Source: Azolla caroliniana
Lineage: Eukaryota > Plantae > Polypodiophyta
DNA length: 64,000 nt
Reading direction: 5' to 3'
NCBI GenBank assembly: GCA_043228905.1
Contig: JBHGNT010000020.1
Coordinates: forward strand, 1,488,001-1,552,000
Below the pieces are notes generated by a model, which had not been told where the DNA came from, did no database searches, and was given only the letters and a program-made list of their open reading frames with translations. Of this stretch, positions 1-11,300 are shown piece by piece. Both the position numbers and the translations under genes were made by a program. Numbering within the stretch: the stretch's first letter is position 1; every line of letters begins with the position of its first letter.

Positions 1-3000
1 TACGAAAAGAAGGTCGCCGCAACGAAGATGTTTCTGATCCGGCGCCTCTACAACTTGCGGATGAAAGAATCCGATTCGGTTCAAGCACACCTCAATGAGT
101 ACGAAAGCACAAGCTCCCAAATCTCGTCACAGGGGACGGCAATCGAGGATGAACTCAGAGCAATGATACTCATGAGCAGCCTTCCCTCATCATGGGAAAC
201 TTTCGTCACAACCGTGTGCAACGCGTCAACCACGGCTGTTAAATACTCCGAAGTCACGAGCGCAATCCTGACCGAAGCAGCTCGGAGAAAGTCTTTCGCC
301 AAAGACTCAACAGACAACGCTTACGTAGTACAAGGTTCGACAGACCGATCGAACATACGAGGAAGAGATTCCTCACGGCCGCCGAACAATCAGCGAAGAC
401 GGAGCCAGTCACGGGATAACCGAATCTGCAACTATTGCAAGAAACCCGGACACATCAAAGCCGACTGCCGTGCACTCAAGAACAAGAACAACAAGAAGAG
501 TGGCCGGCATGAGGAGATCAATTACGTCAGCTTCTCAGCTGATGTACTACCGGACGACCCGAATATACTATCAATCGAAAATCCAGTCGGATCAGAAGTT
601 CTACTCACGATTGAAGAATCGAGCACATGGCTCTTAGATTCGGGCGCGTCATTTCACGTGACTCCTCATCGATCCCAATTTCGGCAATATACGATCCGTC
701 ACTCCGACTCAGTTCGAGTCGGCAACTCACAACACTGTGACATCATCGGAATCGGCACAGTAGAGCTCAACCTTGCAGGTGGCTCTACACTTGTACTCCA
801 CAATGTCCGACATGTACCCGAGCTCTCAAGGCCATTGATCTCAGTCGGACAACTAGATGAAGACGGCATTCGTGCCGGTTTTTCTTCGGGAGGGTGGACA
901 CTCCACAGGGGGAACCTCCTGCTTGCTAGAGGACCCAAGATACACTCCCTGTATCCGTTACATGTTACGCTCAGAGAGGGTAACCTGTTTTTGGTGGATA
1001 TTCCTGTGTCATCACTATGGCACCGAAGATTAGGACACCTCAGCAAGGCCGGCATCACGCACCTATCTAGAGCCGGATACATCCCCAAACTCTCCTTCTC
1101 GGACCATCAATTCTGCGAGCATTGCCAGTATGGCAAACAAGCAGCCGCATCACACCCGACATCAGCACCAAGAGAAACGAGACCTCTTGATTTGGTCCAC
1201 TCGGACGTCTGTGGCCCAATGCCGCATCAGTCTCTCGGCGGTGCCTCTTACTTCGTCACTTTTATTGACGATTCGACTCGAAAGGTGTGGGCTTATCCAA
1301 TTCGCACCAAAGATCGGGTCTTCTCGATCTTCACCGATTGGCTCGCTATGGTAGAAAATCAAACCGACCGAAAGCTGAAATGCTTTCGGACAGATAATGG
1401 GGGAGAGTTTAAATCCGAAGAATTCGTCAAATTCTGCCGACAACGCGGCATCCGACGTGAATTTACGGCACCACACAGTCCGGAGCAAAACGGGATTGCC
1501 GAACGCATGAATCGGACAATCCAAGAACGGACAGTTTCCATGCTCCAACACTCCGGACTGTCGGATGGCTTCTGGGCAGAGGCTCTACTCACAGCAGTAC
1601 ACATAATCAATATGTCGCCAAGTAGACCTCTAGGACTTCAAATTCCTCAGGAACTATGGATCGGCAGTAAGCCGAATTACGACAAGCTGAGGATCTTCGG
1701 ATGCGAGGCGTACGCCCTTATTCCGAAAGATGATCGCCGAAAACTTGCACCTCGGTCCAGGAAATGCATTTTCCTTGGATATGGATCCGACGGCGAAATG
1801 GGATACCGACTCTGGGACCCCGAACGCAGACGAATCGTTCGAAGTTCGGACGTTGTGTTCAACGAGTCGGCTATGAATCCATCAGTCGAAAAACCGATCG
1901 AAGTCCGAAGGGTGACATTTTCCGATGTGCCGACCCTTCAAGAAGGCCCCGCTCTCAACACACGGTCAGCTTCACGGGTAGCTGAACCTTACACTACCGA
2001 CTCGGACAACCCCGACTCGGCACAGCAGAACAATCCGCTTTCGGACCATCCGACCTTGATACCCGATGCGACCAGTCCAATCTTACCTCGCCGATCCGAG
2101 AGACTGTCGCAACCTCCGGAGAGGTATTCTCCTGGAATTTTCTTCACCGACGCCGGCGAACCGACATCTTACGAAGAAGCATCGACATCTGTCGATTCCG
2201 CCACCTGGCATCTGGCGATGGAGTCGGAAATGCACTCCATTCGGGCAAACAAGACTTGGGATCTGGTTGAATTACCTAGGAACCGACGTGCTCTTCCTTG
2301 CAAGTGGGTTTATCGACTAAAAGAGATGTCTGATTCGACCACCCCAAAGTACAAGGCCAGATTAGTTGCGAAGGGCTTCCGACAAGAATATGGCGTCGAC
2401 TTCGACGAGATTTTTTCACCAGTGGTGAAAATGACAACCCTCCGTTTTCTACTCAGCGTAGTGGCAGCCGACAACTTGGAGCTGATTCAGCTAGATGTCA
2501 AAACAGCATTCCTCCATGGTGATCTTGAAGAGGAAATTTATATGGAGCAACCAAAAGGCTTCGTGGCAACTGGCCAAGCACATCTAGTCTGCCGACTCAG
2601 GAAGAGTCTATACGGCCTCAAACAGGCACCGCGACAATGGTACAAGAAGTTCGACGACTTCATCCAATCGATCGGCTTCTCAAAAAGCGATGAGGACCAT
2701 TGTCTCTTTACCAACACAGCTCAAGATGGATCACCCATCTTCCTCATCATTTACGTGGACGACATGCTAATTTCTGGACGCCACGCGGGCGAACTTGCCG
2801 ATCTCATTCGGCAACTGCGGTTGAAGTTTGCCATGAAGGACCTCGGTCCGGCACGACACATCCTTGGCATGAAGATTAGTCGGCATCGCGATAAACAACA
2901 TCTTTTTTTGTCTCAGACCGACTATACCCGACGTGTCTTAGAACGCTTCAACATGCAATCAGCCAAATCTGCTTCAACCCCGCTCCCCATGAATCTTCGG

Positions 3001-3735
3001 CTCTCTCAGCGAGACTGCCCGACATCCGGTCCGGAGGGGGAAGATATGAAGTCGGTACCGTATGCACCGGCAGTCGGCTCCCTTATGTACCTGATGGTCG
3101 CGACACGGCCTGATATTTCTCACGCCGTAGGAGTCGTTAGCAGATTTATGCACAATCCTGGCCGATCGCATTGGAACGCAGTCAAGCATGTGTTCAGATA
3201 TCTGGCTGGCACAAAAGACCACGGCATTCTTTTCGGTCCGAACCGAACCTCAGGCGTAGTCGGTTACACCGACTCGGACTTCGCCGGCTGTATAGACAGT
3301 CGGAAATCAACAACCGGATACTGCTTCAAATTCGGCAATGGAGCAATCTCGTGGAAGTCGAAACTTCAGGAGTGCACAGCGACCTCAACGACCAAAGCAG
3401 AATATGTAGCTGCGTCCGACGCAGCAAAAGAAGCTTTGTGGCTCGGTCGGCTGGCGCACACGTTTCGACAAGTCGACCATGACTCGGCTCCAGTTGTCTA
3501 CAGCGACAGTCAAGGTGCTGTTGCCTTGTCGAAAAATCCGGTTCACCACAACGCCTCCAAACATATCGACATTCGATATCACTTCGTTCGGGACTGCGTC
3601 ATTTCAGGGAAAATCGGTCTAGAGAAAATATCCACAACCGACAATGTCGCAGATGGAATGACCAAGTGTCTTTCGGCAGACCGTTTTCGGTCTCTTCGGC
3701 ATCAGATGGGCGTAACGACAAACCAGTCCGGTTAG
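1..3735 (+). CDS. Ty1/Copia gag-pol polyprotein (gag zinc knuckle, protease, integrase, RT, RNase H), open at the window's 5' edge, no stops
   Basis: CNYCKKPGHIKADC knuckle; WLLDSGAS protease; HSDVCGP/DNGGEF/NGIAERMNRT integrase; YVDDML RT; GYTDSDFAG RNase H; Copia domain order; reading frame is open from base 1. Confidence 0.96.
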   Translation, partial: YEKKVAATKMFLIRRLYNLRMKESDSVQAHLNEYESTSSQISSQGTAIEDELRAMILMSSLPSSWETFVTTVCNASTTAVKYSEVTSAILTEAARRKSFAKDSTDNAYVVQGSTDRSNIRGRDSSRPPNNQRRRSQSRDNRICNYCKKPGHIKADCRALKNKNNKKSGRHEEINYVSFSADVLPDDPNILSIENPVGSEVLLTIEESSTWLLDSGASFHVTPHRSQFRQYTIRHSDSVRVGNSQHCDIIGIGTVELNLAGGSTLVLHNVRHVPELSRPLISVGQLDEDGIRAGFSSGGWTLHRGNLLLARGPKIHSLYPLHVTLREGNLFLVDIPVSSLWHRRLGHLSKAGITHLSRAGYIPKLSFSDHQFCEHCQYGKQAAASHPTSAPRETRPLDLVHSDVCGPMPHQSLGGASYFVTFIDDSTRKVWAYPIRTKDRVFSIFTDWLAMVENQTDRKLKCFRTDNGGEFKSEEFVKFCRQRGIRREFTAPHSPEQNGIAERMNRTIQERTVSMLQHSGLSDGFWAEALLTAVHIINMSPSRPLGLQIPQELWIGSKPNYDKLRIFGCEAYALIPKDDRRKLAPRSRKCIFLGYGSDGEMGYRLWDPERRRIVRSSDVVFNESAMNPSVEKPIEVRRVTFSDVPTLQEGPALNTRSASRVAEPYTTDSDNPDSAQQNNPLSDHPTLIPDATSPILPRRSERLSQPPERYSPGIFFTDAGEPTSYEEASTSVDSATWHLAMESEMHSIRANKTWDLVELPRNRRALPCKWVYRLKEMSDSTTPKYKARLVAKGFRQEYGVDFDEIFSPVVKMTTLRFLLSVVAADNLELIQLDVKTAFLHGDLEEEIYMEQPKGFVATGQAHLVCRLRKSLYGLKQAPRQWYKKFDDFIQSIGFSKSDEDHCLFTNTAQDGSPIFLIIYVDDMLISGRHAGELADLIRQLRLKFAMKDLGPARHILGMKISRHRDKQHLFLSQTDYTRRVLERFNMQSAKSASTPLPMNLRLSQRDCPTSGPEGEDMKSVPYAPAVGSLMYLMVATRPDISHAVGVVSRFMHNPGRSHWNAVKHVFRYLAGTKDHGILFGPNRTSGVVGYTDSDFAGCIDSRKSTTGYCFKFGNGAISWKSKLQECTATSTTKAEYVAASDAAKEALWLGRLAHTFRQVDHDSAPVVYSDSQGAVALSKNPVHHNASKHIDIRYHFVRDCVISGKIGLEKISTTDNVADGMTKCLSADRFRSLRHQMGVTTNQSG

Positions 3736-3928
3736 AGCCGGACACAGAGCAGGATGGTTCCCGACAACCGACATCAGTTCCTTAATGATCGGCTTCAACT
3801 GTTCCGACCCGACCAGTTCGGTCTTCTGCCTTCGGACCCTGCCGATCCGAACAAAGCTGATATGTCCGAGAACCTAAGTCTATACCTGTAATCTTAGATA
3901 ACCCATGTATACGCCCATTACGGGGGAG

Positions 3929-4148
3929 TGTCGAATACATGTGTATAATGGACGTATTCACACTATCCCGTTTTGGCCGTTTATGTAATTAGCATAAAGG
4001 GTAGTTGCCCTAAGTCGGTCACTATATATAGTGACCTTGTAACCTCTTTGTAAGGGTTGGGGTGTTGTATTATTGCTTTATGGAATAAGACAAAGTCTTT
4101 TGTGCCTCTCTGTCTCTCTCTCTCTCTCTCTCTGCGCAACGACCTACA
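3929..4148 (+). repeat. 3' LTR of the Copia element at 1-3735
   Basis: PPT GGGGGAG at 3922-3928 directly followed by TGTCGAA...; TATATA inside; ends ...CCTACA where an unrelated minus-strand gag fragment begins. The 5' LTR is outside the window, so the end is inferred. Confidence 0.7.
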
Positions 4149-5001
4149 AACTGTCATACGCAGGTACTCAACAGCAATCGAATGCTTCTTGATCTTCCGC
4201 ACAGACGACTTTGTCTCCAACAGTGCCTTCTTTCTCATCAGGGGTCTTGATCAAAAGGAGGTTCTGTTCTATCACAGCCTTCCCTTGCCAGTTTTCGGCA
4301 CCGCCTTGACTCACCCTGCCCATCGAGGTTTTGGAACTACTGTCGATATTTCTGTTAAGCCTCTAGTTCTGCTCCTGTAGGTTGCCTCCATTGCATGCCA
4401 ATCCACCACGTCCACCATGACCACGGGGCCTCTCTGCCTCTGTGTACAATATCTTACTGTCAATGTGCATGCTCATCGACACCCCTATGTGGTTCTCCTA
4501 TACCATGAGCATCGACTGCAAGTCGAAGAATGACAACGGTTTCTTCCTCGGGTAGATAGTCCTCCAAATCGGCCCGTACTTCTTAGCTAAACCTCCAAGA
4601 TAGATTTGTACCATCTCGTTTGCGTCCACCATCACATTGCTGGAGCTGAGTGAGTCACATATCTCCTTGACCTTCATGGTATAGTCAACGACCGACATAC
4701 CTCCTTGTCAGACGTTGTTGATCTCCGACCTGAGCTGCAACTTACAGGTTGTGTTGCTAGCGGTGAAGGCCTTCTTCAGGTTCCCCCATGCATCTTTCAA
4801 CAACTTCACATCACTTATGTACCCGAGCATTTGGTCGTGAGCACACAAGGCAAAGCAGTACAAGACTTGGGTTGTTGCTTACTCCCAAGCTAGGAAGTCT
4901 CTGTGTGTCGACGCTGGTGGTGCCTCGTTTCCTCCTTCCACATAACTCTCGTACTCGTGACCAAACAGGTACTGGTGCATCTTGTATAACCAAGATGCCT
5001 A

Positions 5002-5576
5002 TGTTAGATAACAGATCCCTCCGTATGGGTAGAAGAGAACAAAGCGAATCGGGTGGAGTAAGTGGGTAATTTGGTCGAGGCCGAAATCAAAAATCAAAAA
5101 ATCGATTTTATGAACGATTCGGGTGACTATATTTGGAAATAGTCTAGATGTGCCCATTTAGGCTATATTTGTAAATAGTTTTCTATGTATATGAGTATAT
5201 ATACACTTAGGGCAAGTAGTTAGAACTACGTGTGATAATCATTATAGTTGTAACAAGTTACAGTGAGCAGTTGCCTCTGTAACTAGACAGGAGTGCGAGA
5301 GAGAGAGAGTGAGAGTAGTAACTCTGTCGATGTCTGTTAGACGAAGACGAGCTCGAGGTTGTTGCCTTCGAGTCTCCTTGTACTCCTCTCCATACCTTAT
5401 AGTGATTTGTTTCTTGAGGTTTGTGGACCCCCGTGGTTTTTCCTCTTCGGGTTTTCCACGTAAAACACCCTTTGTCTCTTTTCTCTATTTTTTTGTTATC
5501 TATGCACTATCTTTCATATCATTTGCACCCGAATACGTATACAAGCAACCGGTTGTGGCCGGTTCCGATCCTAACA
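5002..5576 (+). repeat. 5' LTR of the 5002-19374 Copia
   Basis: TG...CA ends, followed by PBS; homologous to 18714-19374. Confidence 0.9.
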
Positions 5577-7326
5577 AGTGGTATCAGAGCGATGGACGAA
5601 CACTTCGGTGGAATGTTCAAGTTAATCAGCTCCAACTATTCAATGTGGAAATCGAAGATGCAGGATATGCTTGTGTGCAAAGACTTGTGGCTGCCAGTGC
5701 AATACGGCAAGACGAAGCCAGACAAGATCAATGCATCGACTTGGGAAGTCACGCATCTGAAGTTGACAGCATATATAAGGTGTTTTATAGACATGATTCT
5801 ATACAACAACTTTGTTGAGGAGATGAGTGTCGACGTCCTCTAGAAGAAGATTGGTGTAATGTTCCAAAACAAGCATGCCATGAACAAAGTCTCAGTTTTT
5901 AGAAAAATCATGAGACTTCGGTATCAAGATGGTACCAACATGGTGGAGCATATTAACACCTTCCAGGGACAGCTTGCCGACAAGGTATTAGCATTATTGT
6001 TGCTAGGATCTCTTCCGGACAACTGGCAGACGCTCATTGTCACATTGGGCAACGCCGGACTGGAAGGGAAGCATCTATCCCTAGAACATGTGAAGTTGAG
6101 CTCGCCAAAAGGACAAAGAGTCCATTGCCGACCAGAAGGCCTTAGTCACAGAAAGTGACACAAATTGAGGAAGAGGCCGAAATCGAAGTCCCCAGAATCG
6201 AGATAAGTCAAGGACAAGGTCGAAGTCGAGGGGGAGGCCCACATGCTTCTATTGCAGGGAGTCGGGGCACTTCCAAAAGAATTTCCGACACTTCGGAGAG
6301 GAAAAGGGGGGTGTCGACGATGTGCAACCGAAGAATATTTCAGACAGCAAGAACACCTCGGCAATCGTGACAAGTGAGGAACTACTGCTAATCAACGAGC
6401 AGAACGAAGTGAACCTTGTCAACGATGAATCGACGTGGGTGGTCGATTTGGGTGCATCATTCCCCCTAAACCCCGACCGGAAATGCTTTTCATCTTACAA
6501 AGCTGGAGATCTCGGATTTGTAAAGATGGGAAATGAAGGAGCATGTCGAATTGTCAGCATAGTAAAACTATGTTTGGTAACGTCAATTGGGTGCATACTT
6601 GTGTTAATAGATGTACGACACGTTCCGGAAGTCAAATTGAATCTGATATCAACCGGTCGTCTAGATGATGAAGGCTACACGGGTATCATCCGGAATGGAG
6701 TCATGAATTTCTACAAACGGAGCCTAATTGTGGCCCACATCCAGAAGACAAACACACTATACCTGATGCATGCTCAATTATGTTGTGGGGAAGCAAATGT
6801 GGCAATTGACACTGTTAGAGAACTATGGCACAGGAGGTTGTGCTATATGATCGAGAAGGGGGTTTGGAGACTTGTCGATGATAACCTCATTCCGGAGGTG
6901 AAGAACTTGCAACTTGAGAACTGCACAGATTGCTTGGTCGGCAAGCAAAATTGAACCTCCTTCTGAACAAGACCCCCGATGAGGAAGAAAATGTCATTGG
7001 AACTCGTGTATACAGATGTATGCTAGGTGAACACGAAGATACATGCTAGTTCACAATATTTTTTGACCTGCATCAATGACTATAGTAAGACATTGTGGGT
7101 TTCCTTCTTGAAAACGAAGGACCATGTGCTATCCATTTTCAAGGAGTTCCAAGCGAAAGCCGAGATGGAAACTAGCCGAAAATTGAAAGCAATCCGAGCG
7201 GACAATGGCGGTGAATACCACGGGCAATTTGAAGAGTACTGCCGAACTCAAGGTATTCGGCTCGAGTACACAGTACCGAACACACCATAGCTCAATGGGT
7301 TGGCTAGGAGGATGAACCAGACCATA

Positions 7327-7362
7327 AACACGTTCGCGTTCACAAGTGGAAGGATTGCGCAT
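7327..7362 (+). repeat. Left terminal inverted repeat (36 bp)
   Basis: Reverse complement of 16453-16488 with one mismatch. Confidence 0.95.
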
Positions 7363-8374
7363 TCCACTTGTAGAATCTTCTTAAAACGAAGCAAATACAC
7401 CCTCTCTACAAAAATTGGATGCACTAGTATCACATGTTCCTCAACTTGATGAGAATTTGCAAATATAAAAATACATGATAGATCTACGAGTGGAGATCAT
7501 TAGAAATCATGCAAGTTTAGACATGTTGATAAGTTAATGTAGGCATAATAAAGTTCAACTATGGCTCAATATGTCACTACTGTGCGACAAGGGAAACACT
7601 AACTTAAAGACTTATATTAATTAGGTAAGTTTTACAAAAATATAAGGTGTACTTGTATCCATACTAATAAAATGAGATATAATTTATACTTTGACCCATA
7701 CGTGCATGTATGTAATTGTGGAAAATGTAGGATAGTGCACATTAGGATAAGTGATTGGAATAACTAACTTATTAAAGTATTCAATACTTGTATTTAAAGT
7801 TGATCTAATCTATTCCTCAGTTTGTTCATATGGGATCAAACCATATGTGTATATAATTGTGCACAATGTAAGGCAGTGAACTTTAGGATAATGTCGTGGA
7901 AATAACAAACCTATTAGGCTTTCATACCTGTATTTAAAATTGATCTACTCTATTGCTTAGGTGATTCACACAAGATCAAACTCCGAACGATAACGCAATT
8001 GGAACCATTATCAACACACTACACAATCTAAGCAGCAATGGAATAGAAACATAATAGTTTTAACAATAGAAGACAAAGATCCATAATAACAACATGGACA
8101 GTCATGGCAACAATTATAGGGCCATGTTCTGTTAAGGTTAGCTTGGACCAAAATCAGCCTCCATTTAAACTAGTTCATGTTTCTCCATAAGTTTGGTAGT
8201 CAGCTATGCACGCGGTGAAACCAATATCATAAATCTACTAATCAAGTATATAAAAATAAAATTGAAACATATAGAAGATTATAAATAATAGAATCCACTA
8301 GGTAAAACCCAAAATTTGTATTAATAATGTGAAATCTTAACAAATCGTCAGTGTCATATTCTTCATAGAGTCTA

Positions 8375-11300
8375 TTACATAGCAATCAATTCATCAACGT
8401 CATTTTCTTCATCATCTTGTGTAGAACTGTCTTCGGCTATACGTGCATTGGTTTCCCCTGTTAGCCGAGCCAACGAAATATCTTCTATAAGCTCATCATC
8501 AAGCTCTATTAGCTCCCCCGGTTCGCCGGCTAACGGAGGAATAGGCTCTCGCGAAGCAGGTTGAAACCTTTCTGTATTGGCGAGGTTCTTTGCACCGACC
8601 TCCTCATCCTGGTCTGGGCACTCCCACAAAGCCTTAATCCGCATATTAATAAATATAACTTGGTCCTCGTCCTTCTCCAATGCAACTGTATTTCTAAACA
8701 GCTTCAATGCACATGCTGACGTAGTTCCTGTGATGTAAGTAACAAGAAGATTTAGTTGTCAAACGAAAAAAAAGTGATTGGTTATCTCAAGATCGTTACC
8801 CTAGTTTGACAGAAAAGAGATCTAATATCCAGTCTCCTTCGACAGAAAACATCTCGATCAAGCGCATCATAAGTCGTTGAGGTTTTTGGTATGGGTTGAC
8901 AAGTCCCCGTTCTGTCGTGGTGACATGTCTCAATTTCCGTGTCACTGCTGGATATACCAATAGATTTGAACCTCCCACTTCATTAGAATGCTCTTTGATT
9001 CTCTGTTTCTTAATTTCATCGAAGTAGCCAACCGTTATGTATTCAATGGCATTAACGAACCGAAAAGTTGGCCCTCTATTTACATTGGTCTTGATCCTAT
9101 AAAAAATATTTCATCGAGTTAAGAATAGATTCAACAACCTTAAGAAATGCAATATAGTGAAAGACACCTATAAATAATCCTTACCATGCAAGGTTCTCGA
9201 TGCCATGGCAACGAGATCTCAAAGCTTGAGCTACCGAGTACCCTTGGTCCATACTATGAAAGACAACTATTCGCCACAAGGATGCGGTCGTTAGCTCAGC
9301 GAAATCCTTGACCATCTTCTCCAATTGTTTAAACCTAAACGGTTCATCGTCGTATGATGACCCAGCCATTCGAAATCCGTAAGGAATATCCGCAATCATT
9401 AGCGTATATTCCTTCTTTGGCACCTTCTGGATCAAGTCGATGACATCACCGCAAACCACATTGTAGTAAAGATCTCTCGTAATATCTTTTTTGTGGCTAA
9501 ATTTTTTAAACGAGCCATCTTCCTCCATTTCGTACGCCTTGACTAAGCGACGATCCTTTTCTTTTTTGGCTCGCTCGAGATGTGCAAGGAAGGATGTAGG
9601 GAAATCGTGTATATCCTTAACTTCTCCTTGTTTCTTGCCTCGACACGGTTTCTAATAGAAGCAATAGGACATCAGGTATTATTATACAAGCTCTACATAT
9701 GATGAAAGGGTAATGAAAAAACATGAATACTAACCCAATCCTTGAATGCAATAAAATACTCTGATAACGCCTTATACGAAGACGTTAGAGGATAATCCTC
9801 GGTCACTTGTTCCCAAGTTATACATCCAAGTTGTTTCATCATAACTTCTTGGATCTTCATGTACACCTTATGACTGTAAAATTAGAAATCAAGATTAGAA
9901 CTTTGAATTACACCAGATAGACTACAATTTCAGTATTTGAAGGACTTACTTATTGAACTCAGTGACCATTTCTTCAAGGCTTAAATCTTTCGCCACAACC
10001 CTTGACAAAACCGACACAAGAAGTTGCTCGTCCTTAATACCTTGCATCGCTCTCCATAGAGATAGCTTCATGTCATCTGCCGCTTCTTCAATTGTCAAGT
10101 CAATTTTCTTGGCGGCTTGTGACTTTAACTCTAGTTGAGGGTCAACCCTACATTTCTTTTGTCGTTGACCCTTTACCTCCTTATTCTCCCACATTGAGAA
10201 GATTTGATCTTGTAGGTCCCATACTTCTCCATCTCTAAACGCCAATTGAAACCAAGACTCATACTTTTGAAGACCATCAAACCTAACATTATCATCTACC
10301 ACAATGCCGACTTCATGCAAACATTGACGTCGAAGGCCTGGATGTAACTTCACACCAAACTTTTGTTTCACATCTAAATACTCGTGGTGGAAGAACCGTA
10401 TACGCTCAATGGACGACATTTTCTGCCTATAGTCATTATCATTATTATGGTCCCATGCCAACAGCTTAGCCTCTTCGGTTGTGAGCCCAACATAAATTTT
10501 GCACTCGGCATACTTGAAGAAGAAAGTGGTTGGATGTTCTCTCACAAGTTGCCGACGTGCCTCTGCTGAATGCGATCCACCAATGACAAAATAATTATAT
10601 TGATCATGCTTTCTAATATCAAAATCTTCAATGGTTCCACATTCTTCAGGATCTACCATAACAATAAAGGGCACCACAGTGGCATGAGGATTAATTTTCA
10701 TTTTTTTCTTGAGATTTTGAACATGCATGCGGTGAGGCTCTCTAATCTCAAGTGGTCTTCGACCTGTTTTTTCATCAATAGGGGGCCGATGGATGTGTGT
10801 TATAGGCAAATTAAACACTTGCCCTTTCCTGACCAGCTTCCGTTGCATTAACTCTCTCCTTATTTTATTCTGCTCGGATGACAAAACACCCGAGGCCAGC
10901 TCAGCTCCTGGCGTCCCCTTATTATCCTCCTCTTCGTTTTCACTTGTTGAATCCGTATCCGACATTTTGGTTGTCTTCTTCTTTGCTGGTCTTGACTGGA
11001 TTTTGGATACCCTTTTTGTGGCCTTCAATGGGGAGGGCACTTCATCTCTTAGAGTTACATGGCCTTGTATATAAGGCCTCAAGGTAACAATAAGGTTTTG
11101 TGAGCTATCAAGTGCTTTTTTGAACACTTCTGGCCCACAAGATTCCTTTACTAAAAGGTCTTCTGAAAGGAACACTTTACGTACCCCCTTGGAGCACTCT
11201 ATCATTACCAGTATGTTTGCCGAATCTGCATCTTCGTAGTCAAATCGTAGAATACGGCCATACATAAATGGGGTTTCCTTTCCAAGTTGCCCCTCACCCT

